Positions 22,993 to 32,957 of a stretch of DNA of 52,688 nt are shown here, piece by piece. Position numbers and translations under genes: made by a program. The DNA comes from Coniocarpon cinnabarinum (lineage: Eukaryota): positions 1-52,688 of the forward strand of contig JAVECO010000165.1 of the NCBI GenBank assembly GCA_051942205.1. Reading direction: 5' to 3'. How positions within the stretch are numbered: the first letter of the stretch is position 1; every line of letters begins with the position of its first letter. Below the pieces are notes generated by a model. It had not been told where the DNA came from and ran no database searches. It saw only the letters and a program-made list of their open reading frames with translations.

Positions 22993-25656
22993 TTATTCAC
23001 CCTTCGCATTGACGTCGGCTCCAGCCTCGAGCAGCAGCGGGATGACGGCCTCTTTTCCTTCCTTTGCTGCTAATGATAGCGGCGTTTGACCGTACTTATC
23101 CTTCGCGTCAACGTCGGCCCCCGCTTCGAGTAGTAACTGAACAACTGCCCCGTGACCTCTGACTACGGCCGATAGAAGCGGTGTGAAACCGTACCAACCC
23201 TTCGCGTCAACATCGGCCCCCGCTTCGAGCAGTAGCTGGACGATCGCCTTATGCCCGTACCATGCGGCCCACGATAGCGGCGTTTGACTGTTTTCCTCCT
23301 TCGCGTTGACGTCGGCGCGCGCTGTGAGTAGTACCGAAACGATCGCCTCGTACCCACGTATTGTGGCCCACAATAGCGGTGTCCGGCCCCGATCATCTTT
23401 CGCGTCGATGTCGACTTGGCCCGTTTCGAGCAGCAGCTGAACGACGGCCTCATGCCCGTGTTGTGCGGCCCACGACAGCGGTGTCCGACCCCGATCGTCT
23501 TGCTCGTTGATGTCAATGTGACTGCTTTCAGATCCCCGTTCTAGGAGCCTCTCCGTGAGAGTACTTAGTCCACATCTCGCTAGAAGGTGTAGCCCGCTTG
23601 CGTGGCCTGGAATCTCTTGGCTGTATCCATGATATTTATATATTTTAGCGGGTGCAAGAGCGGCTTGAGAAGCAGAGTCAACCAGGGCTTCATTGCGAAG
23701 AAGCGCGAGAGCTGCCTCGGCAGCATAACGAGACTGTTGCAGTGGCTGCAAGTGCATACTCCAACAACACGCTGCATATTCGAAGAACGGATTTTCAGCC
23801 AACCTTTGCTCAAAGGATGCATCACTCGTACAGCTACCGCTTCGGAATGTATCGAAAGAGACGTACCTAACACAGTCAGTTGCTATCTCTTCCTGGGCGC
23901 AAGGCTGCCAATCGGATAGAACCCTTTCGAGAAACTCCTGTATAGTGTAGTGAGTAAGGCGAATGATGCCGCTCTTCTCGTCTATCATGACGAGTCCAGC
24001 ACAGACTGAGACGATTACTTCCACATCATTCAAGTTTTGTTCATCTAGAGAACTCTCGTCCGGCTCGATTGCGAGTGCATGACGGAGCTCTTCGGTTTTC
24101 AACAGTCGTTGGGCATATGTCATCCAGGCCAAGGTCTTTCTAGCAAGGTCGCGGTGGCCAGCTAATTGTCTGTCAATGCGATCTATCGCATCCTTGTATG
24201 CGTGATCGATCGCCTCTGAGCCCTCGCGCAGCTGCGAAAGCGCCACTCGTACTTTTTTTGGTGTTGTTTTGTCGAGGAGCGAGTCGAAATGTAGGCGCGC
24301 AAGAAGAAACCTAAGAGTCATCAGCGAAGTCTTATAATCATTACAAAAGATCTAAGAGTACCCACATGCCATCGGCAGCTTTGATGATTTTGTCCTGCAG
24401 ATCTTTCTGAATCTCTTCGTCGCTGCGAATGCGGCTTGGCAGTTGGGAGATCTGGCCAGCAATATAGCGTCTTATGTCCTGTTCACTTGCTCGCACCTCG
24501 AGCCGAGAATCTGATTGGAAAAATTGTTCCACTGCAGGAAGAAAACGGGAGGTGCATAGTACTCGCACGTTGCCACGGTCCTGAAGATCCTGCATTGTAC
24601 TGATCAGGTGGCTCTGCTTGCTACTGGTAGGCGACCATTCATCTAGGGCGTCGATCACAATATAAGTGGTCGAGCAGCTCGAGCAGATAGATTTGATGGC
24701 TTGCATGAGTTCATCAAGAGACGGCTTGCTTCCTCGTTGAGAGTTGCGGTTGTAAAGGTCAACTGCTGGAGCTCCAAGATCTGGGCGGCGCTTGACAAGC
24801 TGTCTCAACATCGCGGCACACAGATTCCGCGTAGTTTGATCTATTTGCGCTTTGTAGCTACAGAACAGGTATGCAACTCCAATGTCGCGATCAGACTCAG
24901 CCTGTTCAATGAGATACTCGACAGTGACTGCTGCCATCATAGTCTTGCCTGCTCCTGGAATGCCGGGACAGAACAGGGTCTTGCAAGGACCTTGCATCCA
25001 TCTCTTGAACTCTGGAGAGTCGAGAAACCATTGTGAAGTGCCATCCTGTCTTCGAGAAATAATATCGTACTGCTGGGCATCGAAGTCTATTGGCGAAAGC
25101 CACTGCATCACCAAATCATGTTGCTGTTGTGCATGTGAATCCCGGAGAGACCTTCGAATAGAGAAGGTGTCCTTTTGGATCTCCTGGGATAAGGTGCTGT
25201 GTGGTGTTAGCATATCATCGACTTCTAGTGACAGTGGAATACTTGCAAATGATCATCCCCGAGCGCGGCACTCACAATGCGCGCCAATCGCTCCATTCTT
25301 TGGAAAATACTTTCCACTTCTTTCTTGCTGAACTTCCACAATAGCCTTCCTTTCACCTTTTGCAGACCATGCTGGGGTGCTATCCTTGCCCAGAGCTCTT
25401 CCAAAGCTTGCTTGTATTGACACAGGGGCCCATCTGCATCATTAAGCCTTTCGATTTGCTTGAACCAAGGTTGATCGGGTTGTGCTTCATCCAGACGACC
25501 TTGAAGAGTGCTGAGAAGGATTTGATTATTCAACACCTCCTTTTTGCACTTCTCGCATTCCTTGGGCGCATCTTTGACGTCTCTTAGATACTGGAAAACT
25601 TGGGCAGAGAGCTGCACGACTGCAATGACGCTGGCGGTAACGCTGAGAGGATCCAT
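22993..25656 (-). CDS. Fungal NLR: HeLo-like/SesA-type N-terminal domain + NACHT + winged helix + ankyrin repeats
   Basis: MDPLSVTASVIAVVQ N-terminus; Walker A GIPGAGKT; Walker B YIVIDALDE; ADGM|FLLARLH; ANK TPL repeats. Exons 25656-25247, 25196-24366, 24310-22993. Confidence 0.93.
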
Positions 25657-26553
25657 CTTGAGGTAGCACTCAGGAAGGAATGTGCGTGTTCGCCCGAGCG
25701 CCGAGTGGCCTCAAGTGTATTTTATCAATGCCTTGTTGCCTCGCGAAAGCAAGGCTGAGAAGCTGCAGGCGCTGTATCCGGGGGACGCGGCCGTGCCAGC
25801 CTGCAGGTAGCGGCTGCGCCATTTTGGCCAGGTACGTGGATCAGAAGTCACAGTTGACAGCGAAGGCTACGACCAGTGACAGTCTTGAAAATGCAAGTCG
25901 AGCGCGTGTTTAGTAGCAAGTCGCAATCAATAAGTGTCTTGAAGCTTATTTTGTACCCGCACGCCCGAGCGTAGCTATGTTTTGAACACCGAAGGATGAT
26001 GCTCCTTGTACAGTACATTGAATGGCACGCGAGTCAGGTGGTTCGTTCTCAACCTCGTAACTCAGCATTGCAGCGTCTCGTAGGATGTTACTTGCCGCCC
26101 TATAATTCAGCATTTGTCCACTGACAAAGGGCTGTCGCTGCTGTGCTCACTGGATCGTAACTTGAATTGTTCTCGGTTTTTAAGCTTCGTCGCAAAAGCT
26201 GAGACCCGGCAACGACTTTTGTCCATGACCCTTGGGCCTCCCGGGGGGGGGGCTGTTCGTGCTCTCTCATTGTGTCCATCTGTTGAGGCTTGGAGTTTCA
26301 GGGTACGCGGTGTTGGGGGTGAGACCGTTCCCTGACTGGCAGGCGAAAGACAATGCAGGACTCATTTGTCGTTGGGCAGAAATCCAGCGCTGCGGCTTGT
26401 TCGGAGAGAACCGACAAACCCAACATTTGTTCGCACAGCCTCATCTATCACCTATGCAAGCGAATAGCCTCTCTCATTTCAACGAGTACTACGCTCCATT
26501 GAAATCGAACTTGATATGTAAAGGGATATGATTTGTGAGCATCATTCAGTCTA

Positions 26554-27369
26554 CTACAAGATCGAAAAGGCACCAAATTGGCCCCTCATTCCCCTTTCAC
26601 TTTCATCATCCACATCCATTTCCCTGTGACTCTCCCGCTTTCCATATGCTTCCCTCAATCTCCCGTCCAACTCTCTCTCCTCATCAGTCGCATATCCCTC
26701 ATCCACATCCATCGCCGCAAGACTCGTCGCGCGTTTCAACTTCAACCTCGGCTCCAAGTCCTCGTCATCCTCATCAGTAGCCACGTCAGCAACATCAACC
26801 TCGAAGTCTTCTTTTTCCTCTTTCGTTTCTTTAACCGCAACAATTTTCCCACTCCATTTGCATTCACTCGGGTAACTGCAGTCTCTCCAACAATCATGCC
26901 CTGTTTCCTCCTTTGATTGTTCACCCATCCTCAGCTCGCGCCATCGATTCCAGGCTCGCCACCCTTCATAGTCAAACTCACTTGCGCACGCTTTGGTCTT
27001 GCGCATGTATCGCCGATTCCACATGTCCAATACGTTCTTAGTAGTGTGAGCCTCGCCCGAGCAAAAGACATGGCCGTCGTCGAGACAGCGACGTGTTGCG
27101 CCGAGCGGGTAGGTATGGCGACAATGATGGCACTGCCAGAGCCAGGGAATCGGTTTGGAGGGCGGTGGTAGCAGCGGAAGGTGTGTGCGGCGTGGTGAGC
27201 GGACGAGCGGTGAAGCTGGTGGGCTGGCTTTAGCGCCTCCCGAGGGACATCTGTGCGGTATCGATGAAAGGTTTGCCGGAAGGAGTTGTTGGTTGGGCAG
27301 TGTGCTTGGTCCTTCGATAAGCAGCGAAGATTGCAACGGAGCATACGGATTGTCCCAATGTTTGGGCAT
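26554..27369 (-). CDS. Hypothetical protein with Cys/His-rich putative Zn-binding domain
   Basis: WQCHHCRHTYPLGATRRCLDDGHVFC...CASEFDYEGW...HDCWRDCSYPSEC, flanked by a Pro-rich N-terminus and an acidic tail. Start taken at MPKHW. Confidence 0.75.
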   Translation of the reverse strand: MPKHWDNPYAPLQSSLLIEGPSTLPNQQLLPANLSSIPHRCPSGGAKASPPASPLVRSPRRTHLPLLPPPSKPIPWLWQCHHCRHTYPLGATRRCLDDGHVFCSGEAHTTKNVLDMWNRRYMRKTKACASEFDYEGWRAWNRWRELRMGEQSKEETGHDCWRDCSYPSECKWSGKIVAVKETKEEKEDFEVDVADVATDEDDEDLEPRLKLKRATSLAAMDVDEGYATDEERELDGRLREAYGKRESHREMDVDDESERGMRGQFGAFSIL

Positions 27370-27913
27370 GATGAATGTTCTCGCTGTCGACGATGATGAT
27401 ACTCGTTTTGAAGTTTGAATGATGATGGTATGCAGTAAGCACAACTCGATGCAAAGGTCACAAATATTTTCAGTATACAGTGATGAAAAGCATCGCACGC
27501 GCAGCGCACGTTTCTCATATTGTTGGGACCCAGGCGGTCCGGAACGGCGCACGCCGCCGCTTTGTCTGAGGATAAAGAAGGAGTGTCGGTGGCCATGTGG
27601 TGGAGGCGACGCATGGCCTCCAAAGCACGTGCGAGGTTATCCGCGGACTCGTGGGTGGCGCGTGCCGAGCCATGCCTCGATGCTTGTATCTGCATTGTCA
27701 ACCGGATCTCTTTGTTTGGAATAAAGCGCTCTGCGACGGAGACAATGGAATGAGAACGAATAATGATTTGTCATGACCAACACATCTATAAGACAAAGAC
27801 GCCCCTCTCAAACAAATTGAGGACGAGTGTGGTCAACGCCCGCCTGTGTGTAGAACTTAGTGCAACTTACCCCAACTGACCTTGACCAAGCGTTCTCGGA
27901 AGCATCACTCGGG

Positions 27914-28174
27914 ATGGGATTTGCCTCAATCTTTCGCCTCAAGCCGAAGAAGTCGCTCACTGTCAATATCGAAAAAGCTAGCCTCCTCAGCGTGGACGAT
28001 ACTCATTACACAACGTGCTCAAAATCAACGACGCCAATCTCTGTCAAGACATTAAATAGCTCGACGAGAACATCGTGGGCCTTGCAGGCGGCTTGTGAAG
28101 AGCAAGACGCGCTGCTGGATTTTGAAACGTGGGGAGATGAGCGATGTTTCAAGTTCGATGTCAAGTCCACTTGA
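27914..28174 (+). CDS. Possible small hypothetical protein (86 aa)
   Basis: ORF MGFASIFRLKPKK...FETWGDERCFKFDVKST; no recognisable domain. Confidence 0.3.
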   Translation: MGFASIFRLKPKKSLTVNIEKASLLSVDDTHYTTCSKSTTPISVKTLNSSTRTSWALQAACEEQDALLDFETWGDERCFKFDVKST

Positions 28175-28411
28175 ATAAGCTAGACATACGACGCTTCCAT
28201 CATTTTACTGCATCCTTGAAAAAACAAACATTGAGAGTTCAGCTATAGCTTTAGCTCTTGTTTGATGACAAAATATCAAGAATATATCATGCGTTTTCAT
28301 CAGCTATGCAGTACAGTCACGTCCTTACATTCGTCAGTAAACATCCTACCTCATGAGCGCCATTTGCAAGCCAGTCATATGCCAGCCTGGGATGCCACGT
28401 GTCGAATGCCC

Positions 28412-29647
28412 TCAAGCATGGTGGATGGCCCTGAAGCCGCGCTCGACCACCACACCCAACGCGCCCGCACCAACGACGGCCCACGTCCAAGCGTTTGTGA
28501 GTTCCTGGGCACCCGGCCAGAACGAGTTCTTCTCTTCTTGGTATTTTTCAAGGTGGCCTTTCTTTACTGGGTCCTCCTTCTCGTACCGAGCCATCTGGTT
28601 GGGCTCGTTCTCGGCGTCGCCTCCAATGTAGCGAAGGAAGAGGTAGTTCGCAAGAGGGCCGAGAAGTTCCAGAGGTGCAAGCATGTCTGAGCTGTAGAGC
28701 AGTAATGGAAAAGAGAAGTGGATGAGCGCGTCACCGAGATAGCTTTGTGTTCATTAGTGCGCCATTCACTTCATGAAAGAGAGACTAAAGGCTCACTTTG
28801 GATGTCTGACAATGCTCCATACTCCTTCCCGAAGCAAGCCGCCTTCTGGTGCTTTAGTGTGTTGTTCCAGCTGGTAGTCCGCCAAAGTCTCCAAAGCAAA
28901 ACCACTTGAAAACAGAGCCACTGCCATTGCTTGCCCGACCGGATGGTAGCCTGTCAAGACTTGGCCTCGATGTCCAAACGGTGCTGTGAAAGGCAGACTG
29001 ATGATGGTTTGTGCGATCGCTTCAGGCAAGTATGTAGTGACCAATGATTTGTTCCAGAAACCCTCTTGCTTCTTGACTTCATTGTATCGTGGGTCATCCT
29101 TGCCGCGTTTCAGCGAGCGCGACGCCATGCGGTAAAATAGCCGAGTGCCCCATAATGTGACGCCCGTGAGCAAGAGACGCTCAACCCAGGACAGTGACGA
29201 GAAGACACTGCTAACGGGCGTTCCGTCGACGATTAGGCGCCGTCCAACAGCCGTCCACCAAGCATTGATTACAGATCCGGCGGGCCCTGCGCGGACAGAC
29301 GATCGTAAGCATGTATCTACATTGTCTGATTGATCTATGTTTTTTTGAAGTCACGTACAGAGCCAGTCCTTTGCCTCAACGCGGTCTGTAGCTCTGCCTA
29401 CGCCCCATGCTACAATAGCTAAACCGGAATGCAGGGCGAAACTGGGCGCGATAGTGTCTCGGAAGATGCCCACATCGAACAAGCTTCTAAGATAATCGCT
29501 AGGTGGGGACTGAGACGGTGTTGAAGCTCGACTGGTAGGTTTGTTCTGCTGATTCAGGTAGTAGTTGTGAGGCTGGTGGTCGGTGACCTGCACCTGCACC
29601 GCGGGCTCACGCTCTGGCGGCGGAGTGCGGGATCCGAACAACGACAT
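28412..29647 (-). CDS. DUF1295 family (steroid 5-alpha-reductase-like) membrane protein
   Basis: KDWLW, LWGTRLFYR, DDPRY, ETLADYQL and EGVWSIVRHP(NY) motifs across three exons. Confidence 0.9.
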
Positions 29648-30493
29648 CTTACTCGTGTGCTATAGGTCGAAGTAGAAGCATTGAGACGAAGACGAGACAT
29701 AAGCAGCTACTTCTGGGGTTGGGTCCTATTCGGGGTCCGAAAGGAGGGGAGCATGACGTCAACGTGTTGTTTCACCTCACGCTGGAACAAGACGAGGGAG
29801 CGGTGTTTGGCATCAATATCTAATATTGGATTCTACCACACGCACTGAGCATCATTCAAATTTGTTCTCGCAAACGGCTGGAGACGATGTGCAAGTGTAA
29901 AACTCCACGAGCTGGGCTCTGGATAGTGTACTGGCTACATGGCGATAGCCCGGAGGCTCAGCAAACATCCATTCTAGCATTATTTCGAGATGATCACAAA
30001 TCGTCGCTGGAACCCTCTTGAGCTACGGGCAGCTTACTTAAATGGCGCCGCAAGTTGCTGTCGTGCCGCGAAGCGATCATTTCGCCTTTCAAAATCCTCT
30101 TTGGCACACCAGGACAAGTAAAGAGCGTCCTGCTCTCACCTTGTCATGCTTCGCAAGTCCCCGACTGGCTGCAAACTGGTGACTCGACGGCGGAGCCCTA
30201 CATGTATGTAATTGATCGTTAGACATTTTGGTGATAGACGGCTGAACAAGGTGAATGCTTTTCCAATGTATTCCTTTTGGCCTGGACAAAATGCTGCGGT
30301 CATGAGGAAATCTTGACACAAATCACGTATCTGGTGAAAAGCAGAGCATGAGTACAGATTGTCATGTATTTATACATAGTCCGTCGCATCCATCTTCAGG
30401 CAATGTCTAAGTTGCAGTAATACAACACGCCAGAAATTCTATAAGACATCTCACATTGCTTCCAGTAATCGTTTCAGCCGGTCGTTTGATACT

Positions 30494-32575
30494 CTAGACA
30501 ACCAGGTACAAGCTCGTCAGGAAGCTGGGCCCAACGAAGAGGCCAATCCAAAACACCGTGTTTCCCAGTACCTTCTTGTTCTTCAAGAAACCAGTCCGAC
30601 TGACCATTACCAAAGGCATTTGCAATAACTGCATAGAAAAAAGGTAGCCCCTCACCTTCTTGAACATGCAAAACATAAGCAACTCATGAACCAGCGCGCT
30701 CAGCAAGAACGTGGCAAACGTCGCTTGGGTTTTCTTCAGGTGAAATGCGCTGATGCTACTACTGTAGACATGGCGTAAGAGGAAGTTGTGGACAGGGCGA
30801 TTCCAGTCGCGTGCGTACTGATCCCAACTCGTGCTGTTCCACCATGCTCCATAGAAGCCCCGATCGGCGAAACGAAAGATTTCAGCCAGGACGTTCAGGA
30901 CGCACTCCCAGATAACGTACCACGTCAGAAGCTGTTCAAGCAGGAGTGGAAAAAGCATGTCGAGCACAATCCATGGAAACTCTCGCCAACGTTCGGAAAT
31001 GCTCATGCCGCTCTCTTTCATCTCAACAGTTGCGCGAACGGAAGGATAGATATACGCTTGCGAGAGGATGATCATGACCAAGAGTGTCCCGAAGGTTGCA
31101 GCCGTCTTCTCAGCAACGTACAGCCAATTGACGGTAGCCTGACGAGGATACTCAAGTTCATAAACCAGAGTAGGAAGACACGTCCATTCCAGGAAGTTCG
31201 AGAAGGAAAGGTTGTTGGGATAGTAATTTTTGGTGACCTTGCACTTCCCACGAAGCTCGGTAGAAAGCGCATGGATCTCATCCCTGATCACGGAAGTGAA
31301 CGCGCTCAACTGCTCTTCAGTCAAAGGTTCATGTGAGGATATGGCTTGCGCAATGGCAGCAATGTCTTCAGGGTCCTTGGCAAGATTTGATGCTGGCGCG
31401 GGAGACTTGTCATCAAGCGAGCGTTTGCGCCGTTGTCTTAAGGTAGTATCCGGACTACGTTGCGGAGAGAGGGGAACCCCATTGCCAGAAGAAGAAGTTA
31501 TTTTGATTTCAGGACTCGGTGGAGCGGTTGTTGAATCAATTGGATCAATAGCTTGAAGCTCATCAAGCTTTCGCTCTAGGAGCTTCCGGCGGTGGTATAC
31601 TTGGGACAAATAGCCGTTGTAAAAGGCGTACGAGTGCTGCTTCATAACAAATACAAGTGTGTGAAGAACAATGAAAATCGTGTGAGTCCATGGCCAATCT
31701 CGATAGAACGTCCATCCGATCGCTGCAAATAGGTAACATGCTTGCCAGACGTTTTCGATGATGTAGCCGCTGCGTCCCCAATGAAGCCAGCCAGCCGCAC
31801 ACGCCTTGCTTAGTAGAACTCCAAAAGAAGTGCTTAGCCATAGTACGCCATCCGTGAGACCCAAGACCAGCAGGTCTCGGGAGAACATCAACTGAAAGGC
31901 TTCGTTCTTTCCCAGTACGCTACCGTAGGTTCGATAATTCTTTGCTGCAATCTGCACAAGCATTAACGCCATACCCAGCCAGAAGAGCGTGAAGAAGCCG
32001 AAGAAGGGAGATTCATTGTTGGAAGGGTTTAGTCGATCAAATGTCGAAAAGCGCCGTGTGAAGACCAGATCGCGAACTGCGTGTCTCTGGGCAGGTGCGC
32101 TAGAGGCGCCAGTCTTTTGTCGCTCAATGCCGTCTCTCAGCAGGTTGGTAAATTCTTCGTCGTCAGCCTTGAGCATGTATCGTCCACGCTTATCCGTCTT
32201 TTCAAGCCGTATCGGAATGCTATTCCTCTTTGCGGAAGAGAAGCCATTCGCGGTTGGGATTATGGTCGTTGTCGAAGCAGTCTCTTGTCTCATGGCGTCC
32301 GGCTCTGGTTTTTTACGGTCGTAGTCTTCTACGTCTGACTCTGAGAAATAATCACCTCGTCCGTTTGAGGCATTTGAAGCAGGTGTAGGAACATCGCCAT
32401 TTGCGTACACGGACTCGGAGCTGCTTTTACGCGAAAGCTCTTGGTCAACGTCAAGGCTCGCGATCCCGCCGGGCGCCAGCTGGCCAGAAAGGCGAGGAGC
32501 GGCATCGAGAGTATCCAATGTCCGCATGGAGGGTCGTGACAGAGCGGCTTTTGAGACATCCGTACGAGTAGTCAT
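30494..32575 (-). CDS. ARE2: Sterol O-acyltransferase (MBOAT, Are1/Are2 family)
   Basis: MKQHSY, PTLVYELEYPR, FADRGFYGAWWN, WNRPVHNFLLRHVY, SALVHE; single 693-aa ORF. Confidence 0.93.
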   Translation of the reverse strand: MTTRTDVSKAALSRPSMRTLDTLDAAPRLSGQLAPGGIASLDVDQELSRKSSSESVYANGDVPTPASNASNGRGDYFSESDVEDYDRKKPEPDAMRQETASTTTIIPTANGFSSAKRNSIPIRLEKTDKRGRYMLKADDEEFTNLLRDGIERQKTGASSAPAQRHAVRDLVFTRRFSTFDRLNPSNNESPFFGFFTLFWLGMALMLVQIAAKNYRTYGSVLGKNEAFQLMFSRDLLVLGLTDGVLWLSTSFGVLLSKACAAGWLHWGRSGYIIENVWQACYLFAAIGWTFYRDWPWTHTIFIVLHTLVFVMKQHSYAFYNGYLSQVYHRRKLLERKLDELQAIDPIDSTTAPPSPEIKITSSSGNGVPLSPQRSPDTTLRQRRKRSLDDKSPAPASNLAKDPEDIAAIAQAISSHEPLTEEQLSAFTSVIRDEIHALSTELRGKCKVTKNYYPNNLSFSNFLEWTCLPTLVYELEYPRQATVNWLYVAEKTAATFGTLLVMIILSQAYIYPSVRATVEMKESGMSISERWREFPWIVLDMLFPLLLEQLLTWYVIWECVLNVLAEIFRFADRGFYGAWWNSTSWDQYARDWNRPVHNFLLRHVYSSSISAFHLKKTQATFATFLLSALVHELLMFCMFKKVRGYLFSMQLLQMPLVMVSRTGFLKNKKVLGNTVFWIGLFVGPSFLTSLYLVV

Positions 32576-32957
32576 TTTGCGAGCCGGGCGAAAGTTGTCA
32601 GGAACAGGTTAAGCAGGGCGATAGCTGTAGGGCGAGCACTGAGCTCGGAGTGGCAAGCAGATTAGCCATCTATTCAACGATCTTTGACTTTATCGAACGT
32701 TTGGCCGCAAGATCAGACTGAAGCGCCGGCGCTGGAATCCCGTCGCGCGGTGGTCGAGCGCAGCGTACAAGGTATCTGTTAAGGCCCCCATCTTGGCAAT
32801 GATTTCACCTTGCGGATGCTGGACCAAGATCTGCATATCTCCGCAATCCCCGGTCCGGCCTTGTCGTTCTCGTATTCCACTTGTGTGTGTGTGGTTTTTA
32901 GTACCCAGGTATGCTTTTGTATCTGAGCAAGAGCCTCGAAGTGGACGCCTATTGGAA

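Noticed and set aside
26931..27701. 256-aa ORF overlapping the Cys-rich gene
   Set aside because: Alternative frame with no motifs; the other frame carries the Cys pattern.
32793..32957. N-terminal extension of the UTP18 ORF
   Set aside because: Starts at a non-ATG codon and reads like promoter/UTR; ATG 32958 preferred.
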